NCBI GenBank assembly: GCA_044892525.1
Contig: CM097887.1
Location: forward strand, 87,894,397 to 87,958,396
DNA length: 64,000 nt
Reading direction: 5' to 3'
Source: Schmidtea polychroa
Taxonomy: Eukaryota
The position numbers and the translations under genes are program-made. Positions 10,913 to 22,750 of the stretch are shown here, one piece after another (the stretch's first letter is position 1; each line of letters starts with the position of its first letter). The notes below the pieces were generated by a model. It did not search any database and was not told the DNA's origin. It was given only the letters and a program-made list of their open reading frames with translations.

Positions 10913-11857
10913 CTTACATTACCTTTTTAATGGAAATTTTTTATTTAATACAATCTATTAATTATTGACAGGAAGGATTTTTAAATCAAGTCCATACTTC
11001 TAATATTCTGACTTTTAAATAAATATGATTTCTGTTCACAGTTTATGGAATACAATAATTTCAATCAAAATATAAAACAAATATAAAACAATGACACTAG
11101 AAGGGTTGAACGGTCTAAGTAAAATATTATTCGATATTGATGGAAGTTGTCAAACACCAATTTCCATAAATTTCGGGCTGAATAACTACAAATTAAAGTC
11201 TGATATAAGATTTATCTATAGAAAAATACATACCTACTTGACATATAAACAAAAATTATGAACAGAAGCATAAATTATTTGCATATACACCGCGTTGCAG
11301 ATGATAAAAACTACCTATAAAATAACAAAAATAATCAATAAAATTAAATAACAACAAAGGGTATAAATTACGATATGTTTAGCCATAAAGTACAATCTAG
11401 TATAAGACATAATTAATTTATTTCTAGAAAAAGTATGTACACCTACTTGAAATAAGGACAAAAATTATTGATACCGTCATAAATTAAATGCATTTATTAT
11501 AAAAATTGAGACAAATAATTTTGATGTAAAAAATAAAAGACAAACACAAATGCACTAAAATGATAGTGCATTAGTGTTTATTAGTGCATTAAATGTTGGG
11601 CAAAAGTTGATGTTAAAAATTCTGTGTTTATGACTAATTGTGATATCATCATTGAATAGCAAACCATTGAGAAAATTGTTTATACGTTTTTCTTGATTCA
11701 GTTACTAGATTATCATATTTACCTAGTATTTATACAAATTTTGGCCAATAAAGTGACCATTCGTTCCGGATCCTCTAGGATAGTGTCGGATTTTGGTAAC
11801 ATTGTAAGCGAACATTATTTTGCATTAGATGCAGTCTTCGTATTCGTGTATCGACAA

Positions 11858-12089
11858 ACCGGTTTGCGGACGGTAGGCCAGCAGTGCTCGCCTTAAATTG
11901 CTTATACGGTTGCGAACGGTAGGCCACCAAATTTTGGCCACGAATTTTGTTCCAGATGTTTAACAATGTATAACAATGTATAAACAATGTATTAACCAAA
12001 CTTTAAAAAAATCATACCGCGATATTAAGCATTTGTATACTAAAAAAATTTATGCTAAAAAATAATAAATTAATTTCGTCCGCAAACGG
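11858..12089. mobile_element. Possible piggyBac-like MITE
   Basis: Right end CGTCCGCAAACGG|TTAA; left CCGGTTTGCGGACG without a TTAA flank; internal GGTTGCGAACGGTAGGCC repeat. Confidence 0.35.
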
Positions 12090-13659
12090 TTAAAATACAA
12101 AATTATGAATTAATGATTATTAAAGGGAAAGGAAAAACAGCGAAACTGTCGCCTACGAATTTAAGGGGCTTCGAAATCGTTCTAAGAAAAATGATTATAT
12201 TTCGAAAATTCTTTTACATTTTGCCATAGGGCATTGGAATTGTTTGGCTAGAACTGATTTCTAGACCCAAAACTCTAATTTGTGACTGGAATGCGTAGGT
12301 ACATAACATGCAAAAAGCAAAAAGTATAGTTAAATATTAAAAACTACACCAAGTAAACAATATTAATTAAAAGAGAAAACAACAAAAAATATAAACACAG
12401 AAATTAAATAAAATTATATAAATGCAAGAAGTTATGCAAAATCGAACTCAAAAAAACCAAATAAACATAGAGTTACAAAAAAAACAGACTCGAATAACTT
12501 AAAAGACGGTAAAAACAGTAAAAATTCCAGAAAATCCCAGAACATTCCATAAAAATGGCGATAACCATCATAAAAGCCATATAGAGCAATAAAAGTTAGA
12601 AAAATAAATAAATTAGTAATAAAAATAAAACATCTTATAAAGAAATGCAGAAAACATCAGTTGAAATAAAAAATTAAATCAAAATTAACATGGAATGTTC
12701 TGGAACCGTTCCAAATCCATCATGGACGTAAAATTAACAAGAAATAATTAAAAAATAAAAATTTAAGAATAAAAACAAAAATTATGGTACTAAAATCGCC
12801 ATTAAAAATACCAAAATTACAAAATAGAAAATTCTGGAATAAAAAGAATTCGAGTTTGTTTTAATGCATCAACACATACACGTGTACTTGCACACACAAA
12901 ACTAGGTATATATACCGACACGTTTCAGTCACAATTAATCACTTTTATGCCAAATTTTTGTCAAGTAGTTTCAGAAATCGATAGTGAGTATTGATTTTTT
13001 ATTTTATTTATGTATTACGACTAATTGACTAATTATATTGATGATGTTTAAAAATTATTTTATTTTTTTAAATTTCGTGTGATGTATAAATGATCAGCGG
13101 CGTACTGGAGTACCTGCGCCTCTGGTCAGTCTTGCATTCAACTAATTTAAAAACCTTTTATGATAACATGCAGACAGGCATTATCTATATCATATGTTTC
13201 TTTTTGTTCGGGTCTTTCGGAGGTCGAACCGCTTCATGGTCCTGCCATGGAGTTAAGTCGATGAAACCCTTCGTCTGACTCTTCCTATTTATTAGAGGTC
13301 AGCCGTAAATAGTTGACTTACTACACAACATTAAGGTTTGTCTTAGTGGTCCCAGTGGGGCTGCGAAAACAAAAACTCTTCCCGACTTAATACGCAATAC
13401 ACAGTTAAAATCACCATTAAAAATCATTGACAATAGCTCTACACTAAGGTCATAACTTGAGTAGAACTCAGACCCAAACTTATACAATTCTACAATTCAG
13501 TAATGTGGTCGGTTGAATAGTAATAAAAATTTCAGTTATGCTTATACATTTGTCGAATTTGGATTTTTATAATAATGAAAAATAGAACTTTATTTGTAAT
13601 TAAAGTGATTGAAATGATAAAGATATTCGACATACGTATAGGTAGGACTTAATCTTTAA

Positions 13660-14543
13660 ATTGAGTAGGTCGTTAAACTAATTATAAGTATAATAAGCTC
13701 AATCTAAATATTAATATCATGAATTTAACTTCCCAATTATAAATTACGAATCTGTAGTGGTCAAAGCTCCCAGTCTAAAATATTTGTATAAATGATAAGT
13801 CATAAATGTATAATTACTTCGACCAAAAAAATATAACCTACAAGCAGTTATGAATAAAGGTTAACTATGAACATGTAGGCTGTAGATAGTAGTATATAAA
13901 GTTTGATTATAAAACATAAATAATACCTAGTTATATATAAAGTATATATATATATCTATTCATTCTAAGAAGATAGTCTATTAATCGTTATAGATAAATT
14001 TTAAGCCCAAAAATATAGATTATAAATAGTGGTATACAAATTTTGATTGTAAAATACAACTTATAACTAGTCATATATAAACTATATATGTATGGTAAGT
14101 CTGAAAATATAACTTACAAATGGTTGCGGATAAATTTTTACCATCATAAATAATTAGGAAACAATGTTGGTTATAAAAAGGTAATTTATAAAAAGTTATA
14201 TAAAATTGACTATAAAAATATAAATTATGAAATATAAAATTGTAAATTATAATTAGTTATATATAAAATGTTTATGAATATAAACTATAAATAATTATAA
14301 GTTTTAACTGTAAAAGTAGGGAATATATAATAATTAGAGGTAAATTGGTATTATAAAATATAATTTATAAATAGGTATAAATACAAATTATAAATAGTTA
14401 TAATTAATATTTAACTATAAATATATAAAATGCAAATAGCTATAATAGCTTGCCTTTAGGTATGCGACGTTAAAATTAGAAATATAAAAATTTTTTTTTG
14501 TTAAAATTATAAATTATAAATTGAAAATAATTATATTTCTTAT
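13660..14543. repeat. Extremely AT-rich quasi-periodic low-complexity tract abutting the gap
   Basis: Recurrent TATAA/ATAAATT/TAACTATA words, almost no C or G, ending at the N-run. Confidence 0.7.
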
Positions 14544-14799
14544 NNNNNNNNNNNNNNNNNNNNNNNNNNNNNNNNNNNNNNNNNNNNNNNNNNNNNNNNN
14601 NNNNNNNNNNNNNNNNNNNNNNNNNNNNNNNNNNNNNNNNNNNNNNNNNNNNNNNNNNNNNNNNNNNNNNNNNNNNNNNNNNNNNNNNNNNNNNNNNNNN
14701 NNNNNNNNNNNNNNNNNNNNNNNNNNNNNNNNNNNNNNNNNNNNNNNNNNNNNNNNNNNNNNNNNNNNNNNNNNNNNNNNNNNNNNNNNNNNNNNNNNN
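14544..14799. other. Assembly gap (256 N)
   Basis: Run of N. Confidence 1.
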
Positions 14800-15804
14800 A
14801 TTGTCATGATCACCATTATTATTATTACTAATACCATCATTATCCCTATTAATATGTTGTATTTACAAAAATAAAAATCGAAATCAAATATTGATTTAGA
14901 ATTTTCCCCCAAAGTTAAATTTAGTACCAACCCCTTTGATCCAATAGAAACGATGAAAATTCTTAACATCTATTTTTAGTAACACCCCCCCTGGAGAAAT
15001 GTTGGGACTATCTAAGTTAATTGGAGATAGGGGTGGAAGTACAGTATCGAAGTATATAAAATACTCCTCTAAATTATTAAGGAATGGCAAACATATAATT
15101 TATTCAATAGAAAATTAAATTCCTTTTACCGAAAAACAAAAGATAATTTGTCATTATTCCAATAATTGATCGGTATCAATACCAAAACGGAATTGCCAAC
15201 CAGGAACCGCATGACGATCCCTAAAATTTGAACCTCTACATCTCCTGCCAGAAGGAATTGTTATTAAACGTCTCAAATAAAAATGTAATATAAATAAATA
15301 AATTACCAAAGTCATAAAAGTCGGTTGTACCACTTATAACGAGTACAACCGGGGGAAGAGTAAGTGAACAATAACTGAGCTTGCCACTAATACCCATCGC
15401 CTGATGTACCCGCATTCAGTGGTAATTACTCCAATTTTCCGGAAATATCTATAAAAATTAAGCTGTAAAATTTTAAATTACCAACTAGTGGTAAAAATAG
15501 TCATTTAAAACAAAAATGACCTTTAGGAAATTGTCGTTCAGGATATAGAATTCCTAGCGTTAATACTCAATGTTGTTAAAATTCTTCTTTAATTTATTAA
15601 TTAAAAGGGTAAGCTAGCTAATTTAAAATTGGAATTTTAAGTTAAAATTGTTTGTATTAATTATAGTAAATTTGATAATTAAATTACGACTTATTTTAAG
15701 TATGAAAATTTTGTATATTTTTATCATCGCTTCATTTCATAAGTCACACTGAACTTAAGATACATCTCCGTTTGTACAAGTGTTTTGATTTTTACATTGC
15801 AGGA

Positions 15805-16170
15805 ATGTCTCAATCCGATGATTTTAGCGAAGGGGAAGCCGATCGGCAAATGGTTACCCGGCTCCGTACCCGGTATATTTGGTACCGCATCCACGATTGG
15901 AATCGTGGATTGGACCTCGATAACTTCGGCCCAGTTATCCGAAGTGGCCCGGAACCTGATGCCCCGGCGTGGGTAAAAACGGAGCCAGCCAACAACTTAT
16001 TACAGGAGGCCCGCGATCTAGCGGCCAGTGACGTAGAGGCCGCTCAAGTTCGGCTCAAGAAACTTGAAATACAGATCAGGGCCAAAAGAGAGGGAGTGTC
16101 CCTGGAGGAGCTGGAGGAGGCCGAGGCACCCCCACGAAAGAGAGGGAGGCCCCGCAAGTGCCAAATGTGA
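15805..16170 (+). CDS. Repeat-family ORF-a (copy A): 121-aa protein with coiled coil and C-terminal AT-hook
   Basis: ATG 2 nt after the acceptor ttttacattgcAG (15801-15802). Motif RLRTRYIWYRIHDW is shared with 48541-48600. C-terminal RKRGRPRK. Confidence 0.6.
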   Translation: MSQSDDFSEGEADRQMVTRLRTRYIWYRIHDWNRGLDLDNFGPVIRSGPEPDAPAWVKTEPANNLLQEARDLAASDVEAAQVRLKKLEIQIRAKREGVSLEELEEAEAPPRKRGRPRKCQM

Positions 16171-16427
16171 TCTCTCGCCGACCCACGCACTCATATGACA
16201 ATCGACTTAATTTAATTAACTTTTGTTTATTGTTTATGTATTAATTTAAATAATTGAAATTGCCTAGTGTTCGTTATTAAATAAAGTATTTTTTTTATCA
16301 AGTTGTAGGTTTAGCGGTTATAATAAGGCTTAGTGATAAAGTACTACCGTTAATTAATAATTTGATTACTTGTTTGTTTCAACTCTTTTTGGTATGAATG
16401 CAATTAATAAACTCCTTTATGTTTTAG

Positions 16428-16885
16428 TGTACAAACTATTGGAAAACCTGCGTAGAGACCGAGAACAGGCGCAAAAACAAGCCGACGAACTCCGAGTCTG
16501 GGTTGATAAACTCAAAGGGAAGTGCCGGGAGTTCGAGGGCACCTGGTTTAGTCCCGCGGATCAGATCCTCCAGCTGCAGACCCAAGCCGCACAAGATCAG
16601 ATGGAGATTCGCGCACTAAAATTACAGGTGCGCGCGCTCGAAACCGAGGGCAATGAGCAATTCGTTCACGAAGCCGTGGCAAGACAAATCCGGCCGCTGA
16701 CTGTAGAACTGGCCGCGATATACCCTCCAGCCGCTGAAAATAGACCCAAGCGAAAGCGGCTAGGACGGAACATTAGGGAAAAGTTAAAGAAGGCCAGGTT
16801 GGCCGAATATGAACGTCAGGCGAATTCTTCAACATCGCATGCGTCTGCGACGGGACTAACCAGCTCTGCCAACGAGCCAATTTGA
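16428..16885 (+). CDS. Repeat-family ORF-b exon (copy A): coiled coil, EGTWFSP motif, basic tail
   Basis: Open frame after the acceptor gttttAG (16426-16427). Homologous by eye to 24614-25372 and 49214-49652. Confidence 0.6.
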
Positions 16886-17004
16886 ATTGTTTTTTTTTGT
16901 TGATGTATATTTTTGTAGTGTATTAAAATAGTATACGAGATATTTTGTTATATGATTGCCTGAGGAATGAAAATTTGCGCGTAAGGTTTTGGGAAAACAA
17001 TTTC

Positions 17005-17230
17005 GGTAAGGGACCTGAGGAAATCGGACACAAACCTTCTAACGGTAGTCCGTGGACCCATAGAGTACTCGACAATTATAGTGCCTTAGTGCGCTCAACT
17101 TTTGCGAGTACTCAACCCCTTGGTACAGTACCAACGTTGATTACTCAACGGGTATCAAGCGGAAAACAATATTGTATTTTGGGTTACGCTGGTAACAGCA
17201 CTTAAACACTCGACCACCAGTAACCCACCA
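17005..17230 (+). repeat. Conserved structured terminal motif, copy A
   Basis: About 70% similar by eye to 49765-49998. TGGGTTAC (17180-17187) pairs with GTAACCCA (17220-17227), enclosing a GCTG-GTAA-CAGC hairpin. Upstream GTTGA-TTAC-TCAAC hairpin. Confidence 0.8.
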
Positions 17231-20200
17231 GAATTTACAACTATATTCTTTATCAAATAATCAGTATTATCAAATTAGTGATATAAAATAACGGCGGTCT
17301 ATGGAGGTTTGGCTTGGCCCTGGTCATGTTCCTTCTTGCCCTAAAATATGCACATGATCCTGCCCTCCGGTTCATTACCTAATCGCATTTTTCCTACCCC
17401 TCTTATTTGTTGACAGTCATTGTTCGTTTGGAAAATGTTTAACTAATCAGTGATGGAGTTTCGTAGTGTTTAGCTTGGTGACTTGTCGATTTCAATTTTT
17501 AATAATCATGTCATGTCCTCATTAGAATAATTTTATATTTTTATTAATGGCCGAAAATGAAGAGAAACGTGTCACCTGCAATTCGCCATAATCAAGGATT
17601 CTCCAATTACTCGAACTCAAACTTTAATCTTGATCAGACTAGATTCTTAAAATGTGACCCAATAAACGGTCGCTACAGTGTATGTTTAGTTACAAATTAA
17701 ATCTGTATATTTGTATACGCATTATTTATTTGGACATTAATGGTTCCCGATTACAATCATTTGAAGACCTTGAAGAAGCTCTGCAAAAAGGGGTCTCCCT
17801 CAGTGTATTGTTGATCCTCCCATTTTCCGCATAGTCAATGATTAGATCATTACCTTTTCTGCTTGTCATATTTTACTCTCACCGCCTACTCTGATAGGCA
17901 CATTTCTCGGTTTAAGTGACTTGTACCGAGTCACCACTTTGCATCCTTCTCCTTGCTCCCCTGTTTACGCCCATGGTTGTGGATTGATGTGGTATGCAAA
18001 TTCTTTATCCTTACATTACTTGACTTTAAATAAAATTTCTTGTGGATATTTTGAAAAATGCAAACAAATTAAATTGTTTTTAATATTTGTATTCAATTAT
18101 AGACGCTATAAATACTAAAAGTATAACAACAAAGACCAACCATGAAATCTCCAATGAATGACAAATTCAAGTAATATACCGTATCAAATGTACTTTATAA
18201 TATAAATTTAGTGATAAACAATCCTTGATAATATTATTTGAGAGCAATGAAGAGAAATATTTAACTTTATTCCACTATTTAAATATATTACATTTATGTA
18301 TAAAGATTAGGAAAACAAATTGTAGGTATTTTTCTTCAGTAAAACACTTTCAAATTGATACATTTTCAAAGAGTATTTATTTCCCATGTCAATTTAACAA
18401 TGATATAAAAAATCCAAATCCTTTATAAGCTATTTCTTGAGAATCTCGTATTCATCCATGAAATTGATTAAGTATTTTTTATCTTCGTTTTCAGGAACAA
18501 AACTTGTGTTAATTATTGTTATATCGTCTACACTGTATTTTCTGTCCCATTACCAAATCCATAAAGTTAATTCCTGCAATTTCCTGCATTTCCTGTTTCT
18601 AAGGGATGTTGTTCAGCATTTTCATTCATTCTTTCAATCTATAACTGTTGGGCAAGAACCCATTAATTCCGAAATTATTTGAAAGAACCGATAACATAAC
18701 GTGTATCTCAATAAGTTTTTCAAAATCTAATCAAAAAATTTCAAGTAATATGGCACTTAGTTAATTAATAATATATAAAACACAAGTAAATAAAATCATA
18801 AACGCGACAAAAGCAACATTTTCTAAAAACATTAGAAAATTGAATAAAATTAAATAAAACTATCAAAAAAAAACAAGTTTGCTGAAATAGTTTGAAAAAG
18901 AATTATTAAAGAAATTATTTAGTAAAATGGAAAAGATCAAAAGAAAATGATAAACAACCGATCGAAAATTAAAATTTAAAAGAATGAAATTAGTAATTAG
19001 AAATCAGGACACGCGTAAGTGAATTCAACTTGATTGGCTAATGAGACACTGACACTGTATTACTGTATACCGAGTTGTAGCATACCAAATAAAAATGTGC
19101 TGGGTCAGAAAGCCGATAGTTAATAAATTAATTAAGTAAGTAATAGAAATTAAGAAAAAACTGTTAGAGCAATCCACATAGCAGGAAAATCGCAAGAAGT
19201 CGATAAAAAATCATATTAAAAATACCAAATAAAAACAAAATAAATGTTGAGAAAAATCTGAATTTAAGCAGACGTAATAGTAACGTAAAGGGAATGTGTT
19301 GGATAATAGCATACAGACTCAGCATTAAGTAGAGTTAAAACATCAAGTAAACAAAATTAAAAAGAACTCACGTCACATCAAAAAGATAAACACAAAAGTA
19401 AAGAAAAATTAAAACAAAAGCAAGAAGTATTACACGAAACAAACTGAAACATAGCATAGACACAACAGAAGTAAACAAATTTGAAAAAATGGCGATAAAG
19501 GAAAATCGGAATGGAAATGGAAAAGATTTCCACAAAATATCATCAGAAAATAAATTAAGAGTCAAAATTATAACAGAAATGTTAAGAAATATGAAAATGG
19601 CGAAATCCATAATGACGGCCAAATAACTTGTTGAAGTTAAGTAAAATATAAAAGCTAGGAATTAATTACCAAAAACCAAAAAAAGAATAAAATAAGAATT
19701 AAAAGAAATAGGAATTAGTTAATAAAACTATTAAATTAGCACAGGATATTCTAAAAAGGGTCATATCATAATGGCGGCAAAATTATTTATAAATAAAATA
19801 TAGAAACTAGAAAAAAAATTAATCGTAAATTAAATTTTTAAGAGTAAAAATAATAATTTTTGTTTGTATTATGTTATAAGTTAATTAAACGATAGTGTCA
19901 GAGATTTTAATTTTTCTGTGTGTTTTTAAAACGAAACCATTTTTGATGACTAAAATCGTTAATCCTTTTTCGATCCTTAGCCACCACACCAAGCTGCAAC
20001 TCAGCAAAATCAAGACACATTCTAACTTACGAGGAGAGAAGCAGTTCTACTGCACCCCTTATCAGACAATTTCTTGTGCCTAATGTGGATATTTACATTC
20101 TTTCCGAGAAAGCAGTACCTTTTTTTTGTTGGGTTAGCGGAATACTCCTTCCAGGACAGCCAATTCATCACCAGCTCAATTTCTCTTCGGAACATCTACT

Positions 20201-22149
20201 TCTTCACCGAATTAACTAATTGACTTTGATAACTGTCCAACTTTTGAAGATATCTCAATCGCAAAAGATCATTTTTGTCGCTGGACAGTGATCCCCGTTT
20301 CTCTTCGGCATCCACATACAAAACGTACATCCCAAGAACATTTGAGAATGCATCAAACCTTTACGTCCGGAACATTTCAAATTCAAGCCTGCCTAGATAT
20401 TCATGAAGCTATATATAAGCTAATCGAAATCAAAGATAACAATGCTAAAGTTATCATTAATGACTCAATGCCTCTTTAACCTATGCCATTTGGAACCAGA
20501 CTTTTTGCTTGACGACACATCCTTCTTTGATGATTGTCGTACTCCGGAAAACAAATTTCCTGAAACCGAGAACTCATACATTGAAGAACCATTACTTCCC
20601 ATCGAAGATAACTGTATAGCTTATTCCTCTTTTGATACAACTACTGAGACCCCAAATACAACTGCTGAGAATGCGGAACCACCCACAGTAAAGATCATCC
20701 AAAAGGACGGCATTTAATACTCGGCAAATTATAAAAAGGAAAATGATTATTAATTTCATGATCATGAGTCAATCATCATGGAGACGGTTGCCAATGTAGA
20801 CTTGGCTTAACTCGAAGTATAATTGATTTGCACACCACAGGAGTGTAGTAAATTTAAGTTCAATCTGTGTACATCGGTAGAAAATGATTGATAAGCACAC
20901 CAGTACACAAGGTGCTAAGAAACAAGACTAACGTATGGGGGAGTTCGGTACAAAGTAACAAACACAAACATCTGGCTTAGCTAAGTTATAAGTCCACGCG
21001 TGCTTCAGAGATATTAAAAAAAGTGTGACTAATAATATGTATACGTATGAGTGTAATGGACATGAAAAGAATGATGGACAGCCCTTACAACAGACATGTA
21101 TGGTATTTGGACTAAAAGTATATACTTTATGAATTTAATAAATTATTGAAATATTTATACTTATATTTTCGTTTACCGCTGAGGAACAATAAGTGAATGG
21201 AAATATTGATGGGCTTGACACAGAGTAGATAGATGATGATACGTAACATGGGAATGAATGGGTTATGAGATAGGCAGTAAGCTAGTGCATCAATTTTATC
21301 GGCGTACAAAAGCTGGCTCAAAATTTCCTTTCTAACCGGTATACTTCATCTGATTTTGTGTTTTCCGTAACATGCTTCATTCACTAACCTAGTCTATGTA
21401 AGGGCTTATGGATATTGTTCTACTTATGTTTTGGATAAAATATAAATCAGGATCAATAGGTGACGAGGGAATGTCAGTCCTGAGCGCATGTAGGCCTATG
21501 AAGGGTTGTTAAAAACGTCTTAAGAGAGTGGGAGTGGTGATGAATGTGTCTTATGAAGATATGATTATAACATGGGTATCTGAAATTCACACAGTAAAGG
21601 AAATCAAAAAACCGAGGGGAGCAAAATCTGGATCGACCACCACAATTGGAAAACAACCAGGATTAGAAGCTGAAATCAAAGCTACAGTATGAAGTTGTAA
21701 AACAGACCAATGGATCAGTGGCAGTCAATCAGACAAACGGAGGATCGGACCTGCATCATGGTGGTGTTAAAACGATAACACATCTTAAATAAAGCGTTTA
21801 TGGTTTGCAGTCAAGCCCTCCAGGAGATTCGCATTACCATTGACAAATTATAGCGAAATGACGAAGATATCCGACAAGGCGTCATCCCCAGTACCGATGG
21901 GTAGTGCTAACAGTTTGATGATGATGAATTAATGGAGGACATGATCCACTATTGACACCAGGAGCTTAAATTTCCCGAATTGGTGTCGAGGAAACGCACT
22001 GAGTCCAGCGAAGACGTAACAGACTGTGACAGCAGATCGGGCCGCTTGCCCCAGGGTGTTTGGGCAGTGAATGTGGAACATCTGATATTAATAAATTACT
22101 TATTCAATACTTCTATTGCGAAATAGTAGAAGTGTTGGGCTGAGTCGAA

Positions 22150-22750
22150 AGCATAATCGTCAAATTTAGGACAGATAAGACGCGAACAAATAAAATAAGA
22201 CCACAAATTGCTAAAATAAATAAATCAAGAGACAAAAGAAACAATAACGTAAAATATTAAGATTAAAACAAAAAATAAAAAATAGAAAAATTAAAATAAG
22301 GTAATAAGATAAGGAATAAAATGACGAAAAATGCAACAAATAATGAGGAATTTAAGAAACAAATAAAAAATATATTAAAATAAAGAAAAATAAGGAAAAA
22401 CAACCAAAGAAATAAGAAAAACAAATTAATTTAAAAGTTAAAGCGGTACTCAATTTTGATTGGTCCGCATAAACAAAAAATTCCTATATAAGCAAACAGC
22501 AAATTCAATATAGTTACTGTTTAACAACCACCATTACAGGTAAGCTCATAATTTAAAAACTACTGTTTAACAACCACCATTACAGATCAACACTCAACCA
22601 TTACAGACGATCACCGACGTACAACCTAAACGACTATCAGGGACAATTAGATTTTCAACTCAGTACAATAACCGAATTCAGCTTTTCGACTCAGCTTTTC
22701 GAGATCACAGATCGATAAAGAATAAAGTAAGGATGTATTCTTATTATGAA
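22150..22750 (+). mobile_element. LTR-like promoter segment
   Basis: A-rich run, TATATAAG near 22486, duplicated 25-mer tactgtttaacaaccaccattacag (22515 and 22561), donor CAG|GTAAGC at 22540, AATAAA near 22722. Confidence 0.45.

Noticed and set aside
14514-14969. ORFs spanning the N-run
   Set aside because: Artefacts of the assembly gap.
17190-17201. TGGTAACAGCAC as a tRNA-Leu-like PBS
   Set aside because: Copies C and D read TGGAAACAGCAC, losing the required complementarity, while the hairpin is retained.
16945-17205. Similar short ORFs over the terminal motif (also 49738-50016 and 46302-46635)
   Set aside because: Similarity is explained by DNA repeat homology. The frames shift between copies and the starts are non-ATG, so it is treated as non-coding.
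19895-22080. Several short ORFs in GC-richer decayed sequence
   Set aside because: No recognisable motifs and many stops. Probably retroelement interior, but it could not be assigned.
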